64,000 nt of DNA from Euryarchaeota archaeon UBA19 (GTDB lineage Archaea; Thermoplasmatota; Poseidoniia; Poseidoniales; Thalassarchaeaceae), in NCBI GenBank assembly GCA_002502175.1, contig DAPQ01000060.1, forward strand, positions 7,784 to 71,783, given 5' to 3'. Positions 59,095 through 64,000 of the stretch are shown here, piece after piece. The translations under genes and the position numbers were made by a program. The notes below the pieces were generated by a model, which had not been told where the DNA came from, did not search any database, and saw nothing but the letters and a program-made list of their open reading frames with translations. Numbering within the stretch: the stretch's first letter is position 1; each line of letters begins with the position of its first letter.

Positions 59095-60465
59095 ATGGGC
59101 ACTAGTGAAATATCCAGAGAGGTCGAATACTCCTCTTCAGATCATTCCAAGGTTCATGATTTCAAGATAAACGATAAGAATTCTATCAAGTTGATTGTGC
59201 CGCCTACTGTTTACCCACCCAGAAGAGACACTAAACTGTTGCTTAAGGGGCTGGAACGCATTAATTTGCAACCAGGAAATTTGGTCGAGATTGGATGTGG
59301 TTCAGGGGCAATTTCAATTGCCAAGGCTCTGGAAGGCTGGAATGTAACCGCCTTTGATGTAAATCCACTGGCCGTAGTTGCAACAAAAGGAAACTCGGAA
59401 GTTGCAAAAGTGAACGATAGAGTCACAGTAGAAGAGGGAGGCGTTGGGGAAGAACATTGGAAGTTACCCGATAATGCGGACTTAGTCGTATGGAATTTAC
59501 CATACCTAACCCCGGATTTAGAAAATATACTTGGGCCAATGGAAGAAGCGGCTTTAACCGATGAGAGAATTACAGGTTGGTCTGAACAATTACTCGAGCT
59601 AGCAAATGAAGAAAGTCAAAATGGAACGATATTTGTGCTTCTAATAAACTCTGATTCGAATCCAAAAAATTCACCATTAACATGGATAAGGAAAGGCTGG
59701 TCAAAAAGGTCTTTGGCAGTCGAAAGAGTTGGAGACGATACCCTAGAAGTTATAGCATTCTGGAGACCTGGGTTTGGTTCAGAACCCATCTACCTAGAAA
59801 TGACAAATTCGACCATGGATGAGGCACGAAATTTACCTAATTTTGGGTGGCAGAGAATTCGTTCTGGAGAACAGATTAGCGGGAGAGGAAGGAAAGGGGC
59901 AATTTGGCATTCAAATCAAGGTGACATGATAGCCTCTTGGAGCGTTAAATTAGAGGAATTAAATCAATTGAATCCGGGGCTATTACAAGTATCAATAGGA
60001 GCATCAATTTGTGAAGCATTAGGAGTCCAAATGAAATGGCCAAATGACTTGATTTGGCAGGGTAGAAAATGCGGCGGAATTTTACTTGAATCTAGCACAT
60101 ATGATGGAACAATTAGGATCGGTGTTGGATTAAACAAGAATGGGGGAGAAATAGAAGGTTTTTCCTATTCTGGATGGACTGAATATTTCGGGGAGATTGA
60201 CTCTAACGAGATGTTTCAAATTATTGATGCCGCAATAGGATCAATTTTGGATTCTACACCGCCAATAGATTCTATTGAAAATACATTATGGCAACAGAAA
60301 TCTTGGGCCCAATTATGTGACATTCTATCCACAGGCGTGGTAGCCAAATTTGAGGGAAGGGAAGTAAATATTGTTGGCCTTTCTAATGCTGGCAGTTTGA
60401 GAGCATATTCAGATAGTTCGGAATACGAAATATCTGATATTGATGACTTTTCCATTACTTTCTAG
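59095..60465 (+). CDS. Fusion of HemK2/PrmC-like methyltransferase and biotin-protein ligase
   Basis: VYPPRRDT, VEIGCGSG, WNLPYL; then STMD, QISGRGRKG, KWPND, KCGGIL, IGVGLN. Confidence 0.82.
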   Translation: MGTSEISREVEYSSSDHSKVHDFKINDKNSIKLIVPPTVYPPRRDTKLLLKGLERINLQPGNLVEIGCGSGAISIAKALEGWNVTAFDVNPLAVVATKGNSEVAKVNDRVTVEEGGVGEEHWKLPDNADLVVWNLPYLTPDLENILGPMEEAALTDERITGWSEQLLELANEESQNGTIFVLLINSDSNPKNSPLTWIRKGWSKRSLAVERVGDDTLEVIAFWRPGFGSEPIYLEMTNSTMDEARNLPNFGWQRIRSGEQISGRGRKGAIWHSNQGDMIASWSVKLEELNQLNPGLLQVSIGASICEALGVQMKWPNDLIWQGRKCGGILLESSTYDGTIRIGVGLNKNGGEIEGFSYSGWTEYFGEIDSNEMFQIIDAAIGSILDSTPPIDSIENTLWQQKSWAQLCDILSTGVVAKFEGREVNIVGLSNAGSLRAYSDSSEYEISDIDDFSITF

Positions 60466-60763
60466 GTGGTCTTGGAAGCCCCATACGTTCTCTAACCAAC
60501 CTAATCTTTCCGGAAGTAGTCAAAGATTCTATTTCTGGGTTTGAATGCAATTTTCGCCTAGCGGATTCTTTGTTTTCAAGATTTAACCTAATTATCGCCA
60601 ATGTATCTGATTGGGACGACAAACAATCGAGTAATCGGAAATTAATGTCCGGTAAATTTTGTTCAATAATTTTGCCTACAGAATTTCGAGATAACTCACC
60701 TTTGTTTATTCGTAAACCCATCCAACGATGTTTGCCACGGGAGGCTTTGCTCTGCCGAGCCAT
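60455..60763 (-). CDS. Small basic protein, RNase P Pop5/Rpp14-like
   Basis: KHRWMGLRI...AIIRL...LTTSGKIR resembles the Pop5 RY...SGTI pattern. Confidence 0.55.
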   Translation of the reverse strand: MARQSKASRGKHRWMGLRINKGELSRNSVGKIIEQNLPDINFRLLDCLSSQSDTLAIIRLNLENKESARRKLHSNPEIESLTTSGKIRLVRERMGLPRPPRK

Positions 60764-60833
60764 GCTTCGGCGAGTAGGTCGATGCTTAACGAGTTCCCGC
60801 TTGATTGAACTTAGAAAATTACGTCGGTTACAA

Positions 60834-61751
60834 TTACGAAAGGCCACTAACTACTGCAACTAATCGTAACCTACCCACCATTTCATCGCTAGCTCTTGCT
60901 CCTAAAATCACCTGACAATCAGGGTGTAGAGAACTGACTAATGATTCGCTTAATTGATTTAGATGATGCAAAGTCATGTCCGGTCCACCTTCAACTTGGA
61001 TCAAACAACCCTTTGCTCCTGACACATCTACTTCAGTTAGCGGAGAACGTCTAGCTAACTCTACAACCTGCAAAGGATCTACAACACTGCCTGTCCCCAC
61101 AATTAAAGTGGCTCCACCTTGGTGTTCTACTACTGTTCGAAGATCCATTAAGTCAAGATTGAGTTTTCCTACTTTGGCCAAAGTTGTAACAAGGCCTTCG
61201 ACTAAATCTTGGATCCAACCAGAGCCGGATTGCCAATCCTCATCTCTTGCCCTTGCATACCATGCAAGTCTTTCCATACTGACGCGTATACAGACATGGG
61301 ATTGCCCCTCTAGAGCAGGTAAAGCCGTGTTTGCGATAGAGCTTCGAAGAGGTTGCTCAGCAAATGGCAGACCAGCTATAGACATCACAATACAATTCCT
61401 TGCGCGTGCGATTCTTGCAAGTTCACTTGCGGCCCCAGAACCTGTACCCCCGCCTAAACCAGTCATTATGAACAATAATTCTGCTTTGTCCAATAATGAT
61501 TCGATAGCTCCGAGGCCCTCACTCAATCGATGTGCTGCAAGGTTAGGGAGAGCTGCCGCTCCACTTCCATCACCTATTGCGTCTAGGTGTAGGCAATGCG
61601 CTTGACCTGAGCCCCTAAACGAGGCTTCATCAGCATCTATCAATAGAAGATCGGATAGGTCAGCACACTGTTGGTGGGCTGCTACAGCCCAGGCACAACC
61701 AAGGCCACCGACTCCAGCGATGAGTATCGCGCCCTCGTGCATATATGCCAT
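60834..61751 (-). CDS. Divergent FtsZ-family GTPase with no C-terminal tail
   Basis: AGVGGLG, GLGGGTGSGAA, NLDLMDLRTV, SPL..VDVSGAKGCL, GGPDMTL, VILGA; ends VVSGLS. Confidence 0.85.
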   Translation of the reverse strand: MAYMHEGAILIAGVGGLGCAWAVAAHQQCADLSDLLLIDADEASFRGSGQAHCLHLDAIGDGSGAAALPNLAAHRLSEGLGAIESLLDKAELLFIMTGLGGGTGSGAASELARIARARNCIVMSIAGLPFAEQPLRSSIANTALPALEGQSHVCIRVSMERLAWYARARDEDWQSGSGWIQDLVEGLVTTLAKVGKLNLDLMDLRTVVEHQGGATLIVGTGSVVDPLQVVELARRSPLTEVDVSGAKGCLIQVEGGPDMTLHHLNQLSESLVSSLHPDCQVILGARASDEMVGRLRLVAVVSGLS

Positions 61752-61781
61752 TGGAGAACAGACGCGCCTTCAAACTGCGGG

Positions 61782-62087
61782 TCAATCGTAGGTAAGATAA
61801 CGACGATATCGTCTTCTTTCATCCCTTGCCCAAGCATTGTCTGGTTCTATCTCAAGAACCATGTCGTAGTATTCAACAGCCTTTTCAAACTCTGAAAGAT
61901 ACCTTCCATTCATGTGGGCTAGATTATTTAGGACTGGTACGCAGTTTGGTTCTTCTTCTAACATTCGAAGAAGAATCTTTTCTGCCTCCGAAATATCCAA
62001 CCTTTCCATCTTCTCTTCAGCCTCGTCTAGAGATGAAATTTGCTCATCGCTGAGGCGGTAAATATTCTTCCAAACAGGCCCCGCCAT
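61782..62087 (-). CDS. Small TPR protein
   Basis: AEKILLRMLEEEPN...LNNLA...AVEYYDMVLEIEPDN. Confidence 0.8.
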   Translation of the reverse strand: MAGPVWKNIYRLSDEQISSLDEAEEKMERLDISEAEKILLRMLEEEPNCVPVLNNLAHMNGRYLSEFEKAVEYYDMVLEIEPDNAWARDERRRYRRYLTYD

Positions 62088-62235
62088 AAACCGGACGAGA
62101 CGGTGATTTGGTTTGAGTTTTCTCCGTCAGAGATTGCTGCGAAATATTTCCCAAAAAATAAACGACCCCGAAGGGGTCAAACTGAAACCTTGATAGCCCT
62201 CAATCTGCTGGAATGAGATAGGTGTCAGAGGTCCA

Positions 62236-63054
62236 ATGATGAGAGTGCATCTACCGACCTTTCATCGGCTTGTAGTTCTAGGCTGTTTCGCCATATTATT
62301 GGCTGGTTCAACACAAGGATATTCAAATGGAATCGGTGGAGATGAAAATGGTGACGGGGATGTGGCTCTTGCAGGTTGTACTTGCCACAATGAATTACCT
62401 GACAACTCAGTGACTGTAATCTTAGATGGACTCCCATATCACTATTCAGCAGAGACAACTTACACACTTACCATTCAATTAATCGGAGGCCCTGATATTG
62501 ATTCTACTTCCAACACTGGTGGGTTCGCCATGAGAGTGAGCGGAGGTTTGCTAGCCGCAGCTGAAGGGTTTGAAACTCAAGTCCAAAATTGGGAAGAAGA
62601 TGGAGCAAGCTTAACCCATACTGGTTCCGGTGCTGCAACCTCAGATAGAACTTGGATGATAACTTGGACCGCCCCCCAAACAGGTGCTGGCCCTGTCACC
62701 ATTTGGTTGGTAGGAAACTCTGTCAATGGCGACGGAATCCCAAGTGAACTCGATAGATGGAATCGGCTTTCAGTGTCTCTAGAGGAAGGAGAAGATGCAG
62801 GAGATACAAGAACCGTTTTCAGTGGTAATGGTGAGATAGAGCCTCCGGCACCAGTAGAAACACATGTCGATCTTCACCACATGGGCGCTAAGCTACGAGC
62901 ACACTGGCTAGGTCTGCTTGGGTTTGCAGCCGTTATTCTAGTCATACTATTCTGCGGATTCTTCCTAAGATATGGATTCTCGAGACATTACGTCGGAAGA
63001 AGTAATTTGCTAAAGTTACGAATCAAGCACCTACGCCGAGGTGATCAACTATGA
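62236..63054 (+). CDS. Reeler/choice-of-anchor V-like domain membrane protein with GCTCH motif (paralog of 13792..14784)
   Basis: Signal peptide, GCTCH, WMITWTAP, GNSVNGDGIP, C-terminal TM helix. Confidence 0.72.
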   Translation: MMRVHLPTFHRLVVLGCFAILLAGSTQGYSNGIGGDENGDGDVALAGCTCHNELPDNSVTVILDGLPYHYSAETTYTLTIQLIGGPDIDSTSNTGGFAMRVSGGLLAAAEGFETQVQNWEEDGASLTHTGSGAATSDRTWMITWTAPQTGAGPVTIWLVGNSVNGDGIPSELDRWNRLSVSLEEGEDAGDTRTVFSGNGEIEPPAPVETHVDLHHMGAKLRAHWLGLLGFAAVILVILFCGFFLRYGFSRHYVGRSNLLKLRIKHLRRGDQL

Positions 63055-63500
63055 GAGACGATGTTGTGATGAAACTTCTGCGTGAAGTTAAGGCAGGCAA
63101 AGTCAGTGTAGAGGACGCCCGCGATGCACTGTCTGAAGTTGAGTTAAGTGAGGATGCTTACCAGAACGCTGTAGACCAAGGGGTATTCAATGACCCAGAA
63201 CCAGGGACGATTATTCGTGCCAGTATTTCACCTTCTAGTGATTCTTGGCTTGTCATCATATTTGCTATGTGGGGAATTCTATGGACTCTATATTGGGCCG
63301 GAACGCTTTCCTATGGTCTCTACAATCATTGGGATCAGCAGCGACTATCCTTCCATCTTGCGATGACTCTACTCACAGTGATTTTGATGGGTATAGTTTA
63401 CTTGAGATTTGTAATGCCTGATGTAATTATTGTCAAGCATAGAAGAAACAAATACATTACTTCAAACGACTCGGATGGGTGGAAGCAATATGAGGTGTGA
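63051..63500 (+). CDS. Hypothetical two-TM membrane protein with SHOCT-like N-terminus
   Basis: LLREVKAGKVSVEDA; two TM helices; ATGA overlap with the previous gene. Confidence 0.65.
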   Translation: MRDDVVMKLLREVKAGKVSVEDARDALSEVELSEDAYQNAVDQGVFNDPEPGTIIRASISPSSDSWLVIIFAMWGILWTLYWAGTLSYGLYNHWDQQRLSFHLAMTLLTVILMGIVYLRFVMPDVIIVKHRRNKYITSNDSDGWKQYEV

Positions 63501-64000
63501 ATGATGGCGCGAAGATTTCGACTAAGGCCCCTTCCCAGTGACGATGAAAACTGGTGGGAAGATTCGAATCCTGCTATTGACCGAAGGGAGTTTATGCGCC
63601 ACTCATTCAATACAGCGGCCGGAGTCATCACCATGGCTAGCCTTGGTAGTATCGGGTTTGCTTCACTGCTAATGGGTACTGCCGATTCTTCCGGAGGAGA
63701 TTCCGCTGTCAGATTCTGGGTTCCTACCGGTGCAGAAGATTCTGCTTGGTATGGAGATAGGCATCTTGAACCTATGAACTACTCTGCTTTTGTTGATGCG
63801 GCTGCAAACAGTGGCACAGGTATGTCCGGAGCGCAAGGTGTATGGTCAGGGATGCCAGTGAACGTGGTTTACGTCCCGCACGAAGAAAATGTCTCCAAGG
63901 CCGCTACTACAAACGTTCCAAGGTTCCAATTCATGGATGGCTACAATGAGAGTGGGAAATATATTGGAAGTGGATATGAACTAGAAGAGAATCCAGATTA
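63501..64000 (+). CDS. Tat-signal protein, probably Rieske iron-sulfur subunit (3' truncated; absent from the ORF track)
   Basis: My translation: MMARRFRLRPLPSDDENWWEDSNPAIDRREFMRHSFNTAAGVITMASLGSIGFASLLMG..., open to the window end; DRREFM twin-arginine motif plus TM helix; Rieske motifs would lie beyond the window. Confidence 0.6.
   Translation, partial: MMARRFRLRPLPSDDENWWEDSNPAIDRREFMRHSFNTAAGVITMASLGSIGFASLLMGTADSSGGDSAVRFWVPTGAEDSAWYGDRHLEPMNYSAFVDAAANSGTGMSGAQGVWSGMPVNVVYVPHEENVSKAATTNVPRFQFMDGYNESGKYIGSGYELEENPD

Noticed and set aside
1-64000. CRISPR arrays, IS elements, prophage, rRNA
   Set aside because: Intergenic gaps are nearly all under 210 bp; no spaced repeats, transposase or viral hallmark ORFs seen by eye

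Overview
Gene-dense core-genome segment of an archaeon. Gene content and protein features (unsplit rpoB, rpoH-B-A'-A''-L30e operon, psmB-aCPSF1, PolB2, M6 and S8 secreted peptidases, pntAB, bacterial-type thyA-folA, hemH, plsC) point to Thermoplasmatota, most likely Marine Group II (Poseidoniales); this assignment is inference, not a search result. It holds about 63 CDS and two tRNAs (Pro-UGG, Lys-UUU). I found no CRISPR array, IS element, integrase or prophage. Most notable: (1) RpoH and RpoA'' each carry a paralogous N-terminal HhH-like module (21/38 identical residues), and RpoA' has a Cys-containing insertion of about 140 aa; (2) TatC is fused to an HdrA-N-terminal-like Cys-rich (putative Fe-S) domain; (3) two paralogous Reeler-like membrane proteins share a GCTCH motif, one coupled to tatC and one heading an operon with a probable Rieske Tat substrate; (4) four COG1340-like coiled-coil paralogs lie within 8 kb; (5) a PolB2/inactive-RadA cassette has tail-to-tail PIP boxes; (6) a perfect DtxR-type box sits upstream of a ferredoxin; (7) there is a tailless divergent FtsZ and a methyltransferase-biotin ligase fusion. 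All family calls come from motif recognition by eye; no database search was run.
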